Source of the DNA: Stegostoma tigrinum
Taxonomy: Eukaryota
Length of the DNA: 64,000 nucleotides
Assembly (NCBI RefSeq): GCF_030684315.1
Contig: NC_081356.1
Span: 132,978,933-133,042,932 of the forward strand
Direction of reading: 5' to 3'
Part shown: piece by piece, positions 13,702 through 26,729 of the stretch
How the letters are laid out: each line of letters begins with the position of its first letter
Position numbering within the stretch: the first letter of the stretch is position 1
Notes under the pieces: generated by a model
Databases searched by the model: none
What the model was told of the DNA's origin: nothing
What the model saw: only the letters and a program-made list of their open reading frames with translations
Translations under genes and position numbers: made by a program

Positions 13702-14052
13702 CTGGCCAGGGAGAACTTCCAGTGGTGACTGGGTCAGAGGGAGATTCAGTTACTTTACCCTGTATCTTCAGGACCATGGACGGCCTCACACTCAGGAGCA
13801 TTACCTGGATGAGAAAGCAGCCCTATCAACGCATCATTACATTTACAGCCCAACCACAAGGAAATTGGACAACTCTAAATGATGGAAATCGGTACAAACT
13901 CATCGGGAACCCAAAGAAGGGAAACGCATCGACCACGATAAGCCAGCTGAGTATGAGGGACAATCACACTTACCTTTGTGTGGTCACATACACATTACAA
14001 GAAACAATTCTGTGTCTGATCCAGAAAGAGAGTCGGGTGCATGTCATACCTG
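13702..14052 (+). CDS. Ig V-set exon VB1
   Basis: CCCCAG acceptor, GTAAGA donor, 351 nt phase 1/1; EGDSVTLPC, ITWMR, RYKLIGNPKKGNAST, DNHTYLCVV; B-F Cys spacing of V-set type. Confidence 0.92.
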
Positions 14053-14355
14053 GTAAGAAGTCATTCACATTCTTCAGTCTGTAGAGGGTGTACAGTGAGA
14101 ATGGAACAGATTCTGTGGACTTTTTGTGACTTGGTTTTCCAGTGAAAGGTCATTGTTCTAAAACATTAACCCTGTTTCTCTCCACAGGTGTTGTCTGGCC
14201 TGCTGACTATTTGTATAATTTTGATTTCTTTTCCAAATTTCCAGCATCTGCAATATTTTGCTTTTGTGTTGCAAATTCAATTTTTAACGTATTTTAATGT
14301 AATTTGATGTGGTGATTGTTTTAGCTGCATTCTGATATCGGTATTGAAAAACATT

Positions 14356-14898
14356 ATGTGGAGATGCTGGTTGGACTGAGATGGACACACACATGGGCAC
14401 ACACACATATAAATCTATGGGTGAATTTGCTTTTGTAGATTTGTAATTGCAGATCCGTTCTATTTGGTTCAAACAACGCACAGTCAATGTAGCATTTTAT
14501 AAATTCCTACTTTGGAAATAAAACTAGTCTGACCCCAACTTAAACAGATCCTAAACAAGACTTCAACCTAAAATGCATTATCTGACCTGAAATGTCACCT
14601 CTAGTATACGCATAAAACCTTTAGTTATCTCAGGGCAGTGACTTGAAATAAATTCTGTGATTTGCATATTAATCACTTGAAATCTGCATCTCCTTTCTAA
14701 CTGATTAAAGATTTAACCACCATCTTAGGTTTGATAATTAAATTTACATCAGTTTATGACCCTTTGGTCTTTTGTTTCTAAATTCTGTGCCAGATGCCAC
14801 TTCTCTCACTAACACCAGAAGAAGGAGTGAGACTCCAAAAGCTTGTGTTTTCAAATAAAATTGCTGGACTATAACCTGGTGATATGTGATTTTTGACC
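14356..14898 (+). mobile_element. PLE family-3 3' fragment with degenerate HHR
   Basis: TSD TTGAAA(A/G)ACATT (14344-14355/14899-14910); empty site in the paralogous intron at ~31656; CAC-CAGAAGA-AGGAG..CTCC-AAAAGCTT-GTG at 14813-14847. Confidence 0.7.
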
Positions 14899-15999
14899 TT
14901 GAAAGACATTCACAAACTCAGAACATTCAATTCAATCTCCAAATGACCGCAATTTATACAGACATTGTGATCATACCCTTGAGCAGAAAGGTGTCACAGT
15001 CGAATGTGTCCTTCCTGGTTTCAATGCAGGTGTTCACACCTTAATCAGGAATAGGCCCAGCATGCAAATACATTCCCCCTGTCCATCTGACTGTGGTGAA
15101 GCATCATAGCCCTGTGGAACCTATCCTAGCCCTGCATTCATACATGGATTATAAACAGATGTGACGATATGCTGCTAGTGCCACTAGGTAACTAATCCAG
15201 GCACCCAAGTTTGGGGCCATGGTATGGCCACTTTGTTGAGATATGGAAAAGCCTTTAAGGGAATCTGTGGTTCAGTTTAACCCAGTTTCTAGACATCAGG
15301 GTAGAATTAGTGTGAAACCTACATTGTGGTTTCAATCTCCACTCCAGTTCAGGTTACCATGAAGCATTCACTTTCTCAATTTCTCGCTTCGCCTGATGTG
15401 TGGTAGCCCTCAGGTTAAATCACCACCAGTTGGCTTTCTCTATTGAGACAGAAGCCGATGGTCTGCTAAGAATATTGTGACTTGAATTAGAGAACAAATC
15501 TACCACCCACACTCACATCCATGCATTGCCATATGCACAATCTCGACCGTTCTCTCTCCATCCGCACCACCTCATGCAGGCTCAGAGTTGCTTATAATAC
15601 ATTAACCCTACACGGTTGAATTCTGCCTCAATGTTGGCAAGACAAAACACTGGCTAGTTGGTCGCTTTCCAAAACACCTCTGTTCTGTTCATAAAAATGA
15701 CCCTGAGGCTCCTGTTGCCTGCCACTTTAAGATATCACCGTGTTCCCTCAACAACATTTCTGTCTCAGGTTTGTTGCTGAAGCTGGAAGCTGTAAGAACA
15801 ACATCTCATTTTCTGCTTGGGGACCTGCAGCCTCCTATCTCTTTCCCCCACACTCACAGAGCAGACCTTGACATCACATGGGCTGCTACCACACACAATC
15901 CATTCCCAGCCACTAATGGTCCCCATGAGCAGCAGTTCATTTTCCTAGGCTGACCTTTACCCATTTGTTAATCTTCTCAACTATTTTTCTCTCCTTAAG

Positions 16000-17551
16000 G
16001 TTCTTGTGAAGATTTGTAGCCCAGGTTGTGGATAAGGTTGTTGACTTGCTCACTGAGCTGGCTGGTTATTGTACAGACATTTCACCACCATGCTAGGTAA
16101 CATCATCAGTGTTGCCTTCGATGAAGTGATGTTGTTCTACTTCGCTTGTTATTTATACGGTCTGGTCTGTTAAAAGGGGTTGTGTCATTTCTGGTTTGGT
16201 TCTGCATGGATTTGTATATGGGGTCTAATTCCACATATTTGTTGATTGCATTTTGGGTTGAAAACCAAGCCTCTAGGGATTCCCATGGGTGTCTATGTCT
16301 GGCTTGAACTAGGATAGTCACATTATCCTCATTAAATTGATAGCCTTAATTGTCCAAATGCACTGAGATGAGGGATATTTCATTGTGTCATTTTAGGGCT
16401 AGCTGGGGCTTACGAATCTTGATGACTAGTTTCCTTCCTATAATATAATGACTGCGGCAGTCATTGCACAGAATTTGCTGGGATCAAATTTATGAGAGAA
16501 AATGAAAACAGCAATTAAGTTTCCTTTCAAGATATCAGAATAGAACGAATGACCAATGGGGAGTTCCAAACCACAGTAAAAAGGAAGTCAACCCACACTG
16601 ACCAAATCCACAAGTTCCACAGCAATCACCCCAACACCCACAAACAAAGCTGTTTTAGGACACAGTTCAAACGGGCCACAACTCACTGCAACACGTCAGA
16701 ACTATGTAAGAAGGAGAAAAAGCACATATACGAGGTCTTTGTTATAAACAGATATCCTATCAGCTTCATCTGCAGGTGACTACTAGACAGACAACACCAT
16801 GAGGACAGAGAATGCCCGAATACACTGACCACATTTCCCTATATTAAGAACATATCAGAACTGACAATGAGACTCCTACGACCACTAGGAATCGTAATAG
16901 CACACAAATCCACAGCCACACTATGACAAACACTCACAAGGACCAAAGACTTCATACCCATAACATGGAGAACCAATGTAATTTACAAAATACCGTGAGG
17001 CGACTGCCATAAACATTACATCGGCCAGTCAGGAAGGAAACTAGCCATCAGGAGAAAGCGTACCAGAGGTAATAGATTCGCCAACTTTAGGTACATTTTA
17101 GTCGTCATTGGACAAGCATATGGACGTACATGGAATAGTGTAGGTTAGATGGGCTTGAGATCGGTATGCCAGGTCGGCACAACATCGAGGGCCGAAGGGC
17201 CTGTACTGTGCTGTAATGTTCTATGTTCTCTGTTCTATGATACACTGAACTTTCTCTCATCTCGGTGCTCTTGAACAATGAAGGCCATCAATTTAACTGG
17301 GACAATATAACCATCCTAGCTCAAGCCAACCGCAGACATGCACGGGAATTCCTAGACGCCTGGTTTTCAACCCATAATGCAATCAACAAACATGTGGAAT
17401 TAGACCCCCTGTACAAACCCATGCAGAGCAGAGCCAGAAATGGCACAATCCACTTTAACAGACCAGTTCATATAAATACCAAGTGGAGTGGAACATCATC
17501 ACTGCATTGGAGGCTGCATTGATGAAGGTACCTAACATGGTGACAAAATGT
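16000..17551. mobile_element. PLE family-2 insertion with inverted 3' copy (minus ~16000-16450, plus ~16490-17551); a short CR1 3' end is nested at ~17055-17240
   Basis: RT-thumb/GIY-YIG remnants (HSNHPNTHK, AWFSTHNAINKHVELDP); 19-bp TSD CTATTTTTCTCTCCTT(A/C)AG at 15981-15999/17552-17570. Confidence 0.85.
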
Positions 17552-17664
17552 CTATTTTTCTCTCCTTCAGATCTTCATCTCCACTGAGTGTTTACTCCCC
17601 TCTCTTCCCTCTGCCCCACCTTTGTCAGTTATACCAACCTTTTCCCAGCTATAATCAGTTATAG

Positions 17665-20600
17665 CGTTAGAGAGCCATAGATTCATACCACTCAGAAACA
17701 AACCCTTTCGTCCAACCAGTCACTGAGGATGTTCTCTAGGTATTGCTCCTGGTTAAGTTGCCAGCAGAGTAAGACACTCGATGGAACTCCTCTGTTTGCC
17801 AGCTCCTTTTCCTTTTTCTTTCTTTTTATTCCCTCTTGCTGGTGTTTTCCTTAACCACTCCACAACTTTTAACTCCTTGATGTACCCTGCCTGGAATAAA
17901 TAACATGAGTACATAAAGATACTTTCTAATCTCATTGTAGACTTCTTAAACCTGTATTCTCATACTAGTCTTTTTTTTCTACTATTTCAATTCTGTGACA
18001 ACACTTAAGGCATCTGTACTTAGGTATACTGTACCTAATAAGGTGTCAAGAGGCAATATTACAAACTTTACTCTGCACGCTTTCAAGTACACATGACAAT
18101 AAAGACTATTCTACTATCAAAACAGAAGTCCAAGCCAACCATAATTACAAACCAGACTAGTCCCACCTGACTGCAATTGGCAATATCCCTCCAAACATTT
18201 ATTATGCATGTACTTACCTAATGTATTTTAAATGTTATAACTGCACCCACGCCCACAACGTCCTCTGGAAGTTCATTCCAAACATGAGCTACTGTCTTTT
18301 AAAAAAACTTGTTCCCCTAGTCTTTTTTAAATCTTTCTCCTCTCACATTAAAAGTATGCTGCTAATCTTGAAATGGTCCACCCAAGGGAAAAGACACCTG
18401 CTATTCACCTCCTCTATACCCTTCATGATTTTATATTTTTCTACAAGGGCATCTCTGAACCTCCTATATTTCAGCGAAGAAAGTTGCAGCCTATCCAGCA
18501 TTTCCTTATAGCTGAAACCCTCCATTCCTGGCAATATCCTGATGAATCTCTCCTGAACCATCTCCAGCTTAATGATATCTTTCCAAAAAGAGAGTGACTA
18601 GAACTGAACAGTACTCCTGGAGAGGCTTCACCAATATACTGTGCAACCTCAACATAACACCTAACTCCGATACTTAAAGGTCTGAGCAATGAAAGCAAGC
18701 ATGGAAAATACCTTCTGAACCATCCGATCTATATATGATGCAAACGTCAAAGAATTATGAACCTGAAAGCCTAGGTCTCTGTTCTACAACACTACTCAAG
18801 GCCCTGCTTTAGTCATGTAAGTCTTGCCTTTGATTATTTTGCCAAAATACAATACCTCGCATTTATACGAATTAAACTCTAGTCGCCACTCTTCAGCCCA
18901 TTGACTCAATTGATCAAGCTCTTTTTGTAATCCCAGATAACCTTCTTCACTCTCCAACATACAACCAATTTCAGAGTCTTCCACACGCTTACCAATCAGG
19001 CTTTCTTTATTCTCATCCTCATTGTCTATATAAATGACAATCAAAAGTGGAACCAGCGCCAATCCCTGTGGAACACTGACCGTCATGGGCCTCCAGTCTG
19101 AAAAACAACCCTCTACCGTCACTCTCTATCTTTCACCGTTAAGCCAGTGTTCTATACAATTGCCAAGCTCAACCCGAATCCTGCATGATCTAACTTTACT
19201 AATTAGTCTGCCAAGTGGAACCTTGTCGAAGGCTGTACTAAAATCTGAGTAAGCAATGTCTATCTGTCTGCCCTCATCTATCTTCTTGTTTACTTCTTCA
19301 AAAAACTCAATTGAGTCTGTGATACATGATTTACCTCAGACAAAACTATGCTGGCTATTTCTCATCATTTCTTGTTTTTCCAAATGCCTAGAACTCCTAA
19401 ATTTCAGAATCACTTCCAACAACTTACTCACCACCAAAGTCAGCAGAATATAGATAGACTGGAGAGTTGGGCAGATAAATGGCAGATGGAGTTCAATCCG
19501 GGCAAATGCGAGGTGATGCACTTTGGAAGATCAAATTCAAGGGCGAACTATACAGTGAATGGAAAAGTCCTCGGGAAAATTGATGAAGAGAGATCTGGGT
19601 GTTCAGGTCTGTTGTTCCCTGAAGGTGACAACACAGGTCAATGGGGTGGTCAAGAAGGCATATGGCATGCTTTCCTTCATTGGGCGGGGTATTGAGTACA
19701 AGAGTTGGCAGGTCATGTTGCAATTGTATAGGGCTTTTGGTTCGGCCACATTTGGAGTACTGTGTACAGTTCTGGTCGCCACATTACTAAAAGGATGTCG
19801 ATGCTTTGGAGAGGGTGCAGAGGAAGTTCACCAGGATGTTGCATGGTATGGAGAGTGCTAGCTATGAAGAGAGGTTGAATAGATTAGGATTATTTTCATT
19901 AGAAAGACGGAGATTGAGGGGGGACCTGATTGAGGTCTACAAAATCATGAGGGGTATAGACAGGGTGGATAGCAAAAAGCTTTTTCCCAGAGTGGGGGAC
20001 TCAATTACTAGGGGTCATGAGTTCAAAGTGAGAAGAGGAAAGTTTAAGGGAGATATGCGTGGAAAGTTCTTTACACAGAGGGTGGTGGGCACCTGGAACG
20101 CGTTGCCAGCGGAGGTGGTAGACGCAGACACGTTAGCGTCTTTTAAGATATATTTGGACAGGTACATGGAAGGGCAGGGAGCAAATGGACACAGACCGTT
20201 AGAAAATAGATGACAGGTTAGACAGAGGATCTTGATCGGCGCAGGCTTGGAGGGCCGAAGGGCCTGTTCCTGTGCTGTAGGTTTCTTTGTTTCTTTGAAC
20301 TAGCCTGTGGTTAACAGACTTCTCCTTACATCCCGTCTTAAATAAAGGCACAACATTAGCCACTCTCCAGTCTTTGGCACCTCACCCACATTTATAAATG
20401 ACACAAATATTTCTGCAAGGGGACAGCAATTTCCTTCCTAACCTCCCATAACATTCTGAGATATATTAGATCAGTTCCTGGAGATTTGTCCATCTTAAAT
20501 TTTCTAAGATCTCCAGCACATCCACTTGTGTAATGTGAATTGTTTTCAAAAAATTAATATTTATTTCCCTGTGACCTCTAGCCTCCATTTATATCTCCAC

Positions 20601-20760
20601 AGTTAAAACTGGTTTGAAATATTCATTGATCTCGCTCTCATCCCTTAAGGTTTATCACAAAAATGACCTCTTTGATCTTTAAGAGGCTGTAATCTCTGTA
20701 GGTGCTCTCTTTCTCATAATGTACTTGTAGAACCTCTTTGGATTATCCTTAACCGTATTT
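17665..20760 (-). mobile_element. Old CR1 LINE (minus), interrupted by a younger CR1 at 19441-20297
   Basis: RT fragments VPQGLALVPLL, FNSYKCEVLYFG, SQHSFV. Confidence 0.8.
19441..20297 (+). mobile_element. 5'-truncated CR1/HER1 LINE
   Basis: WQMEFNPGKCEVMHFG, ERRRLRGDLIEVYK, FFTQRVV; 3' GGGCCGAAGGGCCTGT motif and TTTCTTTG tail repeats. Confidence 0.92.
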
Positions 20761-20769
20761 GCCTGGGCT

Positions 20770-20922
20770 AACTCGTATCCTGCACATCTTCGGACTGTGG
20801 GACTGTCTCCCCACGCAGACAGGGGAGAATGTGCAAACTCCACACAGACAGTTGCCCGAGGGTGGTATCAAACCCGGATTCCTTGCACTGTGAGGCAGCA
20901 GTGCTAACCACTGAGCCGGTGC
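20770..20922 (-). mobile_element. Partial HE1-like SINE
   Basis: Reverse complement of the HE1 head and core. Confidence 0.75.
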
Positions 20923-21551
20923 CAGTCCACTTCTTTTGATTATTTTTCTATCCTTCCTATAGGATCTGAAACCCGCAATATTGAGCTGCAATTCCTGTCT
21001 ATCTCTCAGCCAAGTTCCTGTAATAGCAATGACATCCCAATCTCATCTCCCCAAACATGCCTCGAGTTCATCAGCCTGACCTGTAAAACCCTTTGCATTG
21101 AAATACATTTAGTTTAATTCTTTAGATTTGCTTCAGTCTCTGACTTGCTCACATCTGTTTTTTTTCTGATTAACTTGTTATTTTCAAATTCAAAAGCATC
21201 TCATCTATTTATTATCTACTTTCTATTTACTCTGCTAGTTAGGATCCCTCCACCGAGAAGAGATCCCAGTGATTCAAGAATCTGAATCCCTTAACACTAC
21301 ACCACCTCCTCAACCATTGATTTATCTACTTTTTTCTTTCCCCCCCTAATTTAAGTTTGGCAATGGGAGTACGTCAGTGATTACAACTTTTGAGTATCTG
21401 TTTATTAATCTTCTGCATAATCTCTTGAATTCGCTCTGTAAAGCATTCATGTTTTTCCAGGTCATTCCAAACAATGTGTACAATTACTTCCAGTTTCTCA
21501 CTCTTCCCTTTCTTGACACCTGGAAAGCAACATACTATTGTAGATTCACGG

Positions 21552-21665
21552 ATAATAGGAACTGCAGATGCTGGAGAATCCAAGATAACAAGGTGTGGAA
21601 CTACATGAACACTACGTGAACCAAGCAGCATCATAGGAGCAGGAGCCTAGACCCTTCATCAGCTG
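21552..21665 (-). mobile_element. PLE family-1 tail (partly deleted HHR)
   Basis: Reverse complement of CTGATGAAGGGTCTAGG...CCAGCATCTGCAGTTCC(T)ATTATC. Confidence 0.8.
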
Positions 21666-23269
21666 ATTCAGCCCTTTGATACTGCTCCACCTTTCATCAC
21701 AATCATGGCTGATTGTCCAACTCAATAGCCTAATCCTACTTTCTCCCCAAAACCTTTGATCCCATTCACCCTAAGTGCTATATCTCATCACCTTTTGAAT
21801 ATTTTCAATGTTTTGGCATCAACTACTTCTTGTGGTTATGAATTCCACAGGCTCACCACTCTGGGTGCAGAAGTGTCTCCTCATCTCCATCCTAAATCGT
21901 TGACCCCAAACCTTATACTGTGACCCCTGGTTCTGGACACACCCACCATCAGGAACATCCTCCCTGCATCTACCCTGTTCAATCCTGTTAGAATTCTATA
22001 AGTCTCAATGAGATTCCCCGCTCATTCGTCTGAACGCTAACAAAAACAATCCCAACCTAGCCAATCTGTCCTCATATGTCAAACCACCCCCAAAACACTA
22101 ACTCTGCTTTCTTGCCACAGATGGTCTTAGACCTGCTGAGTCTTTCCAGGAATTTCTGTTTTTGTTTCTGCCATCTTCACTTGGCCTGCCCTCCATGTAG
22201 GCATAGGACAGTGATGTGTGGTACATGAACCTTCAATGACAGTGTTCACCTGGTCAAGTTGGGGCAATAGGAGTGGCTGTCAAGTTGGGTTGGGGGCTGG
22301 GTGAGGAATAGCACCAGGTCTGTGATTTCTGTCCCTCTGCCTACCTAATATGACTCCAGATCCACAGAATCATTTTTGCTGTCTTGGTAAGGAATTTTCT
22401 GCGATGTTGGGTCCTCTGGTGAAGAGTGGGATAGATCATCTGTCAGCATTTCTGGGTCAAGTTGGTTGTAAATGCTTCAGCCCTAAATTTTGCACAAATG
22501 AGCTGATATACCTCTCATTGAGGATGGGGATACTTGTGGAGACTCATATTCCTGTTTGTCGATTAATTGTCATCAACTATTCACAACAGCATGTGGCAGG
22601 TCTGCTGAGCTTATATCTGATCCAGTGACAGCAGAATCACTTATCCCAGGCTATCACTGACTTGGTAGGAAAATAGCCCGTTTTATCACAGACATCTCAC
22701 ATTTAGGCATGTTGGTTATGTTCCTGGTATCCACTCCTACATTGTTTATCGAACAAGAGTTGATGGCCTGGCTCAATGGTAATGTCAGGGAATATGCCAG
22801 GCCATGATTTTACAGATTGTGTTGGAGCCCAATTTGGCTGTACTGCTGGCCCACTGTGTCTCATGAATCCCAGTCTTGAGTTGCTAGATCTATTTGAAGT
22901 CTACCTCATTTAACACAGAGCTAGTGCCAAATATGAAAAACATGTACCTCAAAGTGAAGATGGGACTTTGTCTCCACAAGGACTGTATTTTGGTGGTTTC
23001 TCACAATCCTATCATGGACAGATTGCTGAGGACAAGGTCAAGCTTTTCTCTGTTGTTGATTCTCTTCATCACCTGTCACAGACCCAGCTCAGCAGCTGTG
23101 TCCTTTACGACTTTACTTTCACAGTGGTGAAACTGCCATGCCACTCTTGCTGTTACACATTGAAGTCCCCCACCCAGATTACATTCTGTTCCCATGTTGA
23201 CATCAATGCTTCCTCCAGGTGGTGATCAACATGATTGGAAGGCTGGGAGTGGGCAGATTGTAGTTGTTG

Positions 23270-24597
23270 GAATTAATCATGAGATTTATTTAGTTTCAAG
23301 CAACAATTTGATTGGAGATAGTCAGCATTGGTTCGTCAAGGGCAGGTCGTGTCTCACAAACCTCATTGAGTTTTTTGAGAAGGAGACCAAGCATGTGGAT
23401 GAGGGAAGGGTAGTTGATGTGGTGTATATGGACGTCAGTAAAGCCTTTGATAAGGTTCCACATGGTAAGCTATTGGAGAAAATACAGAGGCACGGGATTG
23501 ACGGAGATTTAGCAGTTTGGATTAGAGACTGGCTTTCTGCAAGAAAGCAACGAGTGGTGGTTGATGGAAAATATTCAGCCTGGAGTCCGGTTACTAGTGG
23601 TGTGCCTCAAGGATCTGTTTTGGGACCACTGCTGTTTGTCATTTTTATAAATGATTTGGACGCAGGCATTGGTGGATGGGTTAGTAAGTTTGCAGATGAC
23701 ACTAAAGTCGGTGGAGTGGTGGACAGTGTGGAAGAATGTTGCAGGTTGCAGGGAGACTTGGATAAACTGCAGAATTGGGCCGAAAGGTGGCAAATGGAGT
23801 TCAATATGGATAAATGTGAGGTGATTCACTTTGGGAGGAATAATAGGAAGGTAGAATACCAGGTCAATGGAAAAATTCTTGGTAGTGTGGATGTGCAGAG
23901 GGATCTTGGTGTCCATGTACATAGATCCCTGAAAGTTGCCACCCAGGTTGATAGTGCTGTTAAAGCGGCTTACGGTGTGTTAGGTTTTATTGGTAGAGGG
24001 ATTGAGTTCCGGAGCCGTGATGCCATGATGCAACTGTACAAAATGCTAGTGCGGCCTCACTTGGAATATTGCATGCAGTTCTGCTCGCCCCATTACAGGA
24101 AGGATGTGGAAGCATTGGAAAAGGTGCAGAGGAGATTTACCAGGATGTTGCCTGGTCTGGAGCGCAGGCCCTATGAATAAAAGGCTGAGGGACTTGGGTC
24201 TGTTCTCATTGGAGAGAAGGAGGCTAAGAGGGGATTTAATAGAGACATACAAGATGATCAGAGGATTAGATAGGGTGGACAGAGAGAGTCTTTTTCCGAG
24301 GATGATGACTTCAGCTTGTACAAGGGGGCATAGCTACAAATTGAGGGGTGATAGATTTAAGACAGGCGTCAGAGGCAGGTTCTTTACTCAGAGAGTGGTA
24401 AGGGCGTGGGACGCCCTGCCTGCCAATGTAGTTAACTCAGCCACATTAGGGGCATTTAAACAGTCCCTGGATAAGCATATGGATAACGATGGGATAGTGT
24501 AGGGGGAGGAGCTTAGATTAGTTCATAGGTCGGCGCAACATCGAGGGCCGAAGGGCCTGTTCTGTGCTGTATTGTTCCATGTTCTATGTTCTATGTT
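23270..24597 (+). mobile_element. Young 5'-truncated CR1 LINE (RT domain nearly intact)
   Basis: ORFs 23194-24180/24104-24502 with KAFDKVPH, GVPQGSVLGP, FADD; (TTCTATG)n tail. Confidence 0.95.
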
Positions 24598-24946
24598 ATG
24601 TCTGACCTGATGCCAATTTGATTTCTTGATAAGTCTCAATACATTTCAAGTTGAGATAATTCTGAAACTGTTACAATGCTATATATGCCAAGAGATCCTG
24701 AAAATGGAAAACATTTGGAGTATACAGACAGAGAGCACCCATCTCTTCCTCTACCCTGTTGAGCAAAGATCTAAGTTCATCTGATTGACCATTGAATTTG
24801 AAGGATGACCAACACTGTGCAGAAAACAACATCTCATCACTGCAAAAAAAAAATACAAGAACAGTGAGAGAGAAAGATCTTTCCATCTTGTGATTGGGGC
24901 TTTGATTTTTCTATATTCTTTTTTCACTCAAGGTCGAAGTATAAAC

Positions 24947-25127
24947 NNNNNNNNNNNNNNNNNNNNNNNNNNNNNNNNNNNNNNNNNNNNNNNNNNNNNN
25001 NNNNNNNNNNNNNNNNNNNNNNNNNNNNNNNNNNNNNNNNNNNNNNNNNNNNNNNNNNNNNNNNNNNNNNNNNNNNNNNNNNNNNNNNNNNNNNNNNNNN
25101 NNNNNNNNNNNNNNNNNNNNNNNNNNN
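24947..25127. other. Assembly gap (181 N)
   Basis: Run of N between the VA1-VB1 and VA2-VB2 units. Confidence 1.
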
Positions 25128-25795
25128 GTGTGTTTGAAGGCGTCCAGTTTGTATTATGAATTGATTGATGGAATTACTTTAACTGAAGAATGCTGGTACG
25201 GTTCCCTCCAATCCTGAGTCGCAATCTGTCAGGCAATTTGGGTGTTGGTGATCTCATTGGGATTCTAGTGCAGTTGCACATTTCCTAACAGTGTGTGGGG
25301 GGCAGTAGGACATGGCTATTGACACAGTCATGACATTCATTTTATGCATTCATTCATTTTATGTTTGTGCAACTGATTGTCTCCCTTGGCCATTTCTGAG
25401 GGCATTCTACAGTCAAATCTGTTGCTGTGGGACTGGAGTCACACGTAGGCCAGACCTGTAAGGACGGCATTCACCATCTCTAAAGAACACCAGTGAATCA
25501 GATGGCTTTTTTCCAAAAATTGGTCATGATTTTATGGCTAACGTTAGACCAGTGTATAATTTCAGATGAAATAACTGAATTGAAATTCCAGCAGCTGCCA
25601 TTGTGGGAAGTGAGACTCTGATCCTGGCGTATTGGATTGCTCATGAATTGACAATACTGTTAGTTCACTGCCTCACATTGTAACTGCTAACCCTGTTTCC
25701 ACTAAATAAGAGACTTAGATCAGAATATCTCAGTTTCATAACTGAGGCAGTGTTGTGTTCATATCTTCTCTCTTTCTCTGGCTCTTCCCTTATAG

Positions 25796-26179
25796 CGGCT
25801 TCTGATGATGGATGGTCAATGACAGTCGCGAATGGTGTGAGGGCAGAGGAAGGAAGAACCGCTGTCTTACCCTGCAGCTTCACCCATCCAGACACTAATC
25901 TCACGCTCACTGGCTCTGTGAAATGGATTAAATCTGACACAGGTGTAATCTTTAACTGTGCATATCCTGGTCTAGATCATTCCCAGGGTGAGCTATGTGA
26001 GAATGTGAGACAGCAGGATGATGGGAATCGATTCAGATTTGTGGGGAACCTCAGCAATAATGATGTCTCAATAATGATGGATGGACTGAGACAGGAAGAT
26101 GCTGGTTCCTATCTGTGTCGTGTGGAGCTCAATATCGGCAGTTTTCAAACACGGTCTCCAACGAATCTGGAAGTAGAAG
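25796..26179 (+). CDS. Ig V-set exon VA2, Siglec-15-like (retains YLCRVE Arg)
   Basis: TATAG acceptor, GTGAGG donor, 384 nt phase 1/1; colinear with VA1 (about 70% aa identity by hand count); four Cys as in VA1. Confidence 0.93.
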
Positions 26180-26327
26180 GTGAGGAACAATGTTCAGAAT
26201 TTGTCTGTTCCCTGACAGCTCAATGGGGATGGACTCCATCTAGCCCAAGATCTCTTGGATTGGTTCCTTGACCTGGGTTCTTTCATTCAGTCTGAGGCAC
26301 AAGGCAGTGAGAAGGAGATGGTGGGAG

Positions 26328-26340
26328 AGACAGACAGAGA

Positions 26341-26391
<51 letters not shown>

Positions 26392-26410
26392 CGAGAGAGA
26401 GAGAGAGAGA
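26328..26410. repeat. (GA)n microsatellite in the VA2 intron, absent from the paralogous VA1 intron
   Basis: Direct observation; flanks align with 10700-10725. Confidence 0.95.
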
Positions 26411-26729
26411 AGGCAGGGATTTATAGACCAATCCATCACCATCTCTGAAACCTCTCACAGACCTTCACGCACTCACTCATTTGCCATGTCCAGACTGGCT
26501 TCAGTGTTTTGCAGTAGGAAACACAGAAACCAAGGACCCAAATTCCAAGATCCTCGCTGGCTTCATGCTCACTTTAGGCAATACACCATCAACGTATCTA
26601 GAAAAAGGAAGTTGATGGTCTTTATGCATTGGTTTTTGAAGATGTCAGGGCATATTTAGAGAGTGATTGGGAAAGCAAATGGGATTCACAGTCTTCAGAA
26701 TTGGAGGTGCTGAGAACTGAGGGAGCTAG

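Noticed and set aside
24860-24946. Hydrophobic stretch LVIGALIFLYSFF as a second leader or TM exon before the gap
   Set aside because: No nearby in-frame ATG or convincing splice sites and no similarity to the 3916 leader or the 33669 TM; it cannot be fully excluded because of the gap
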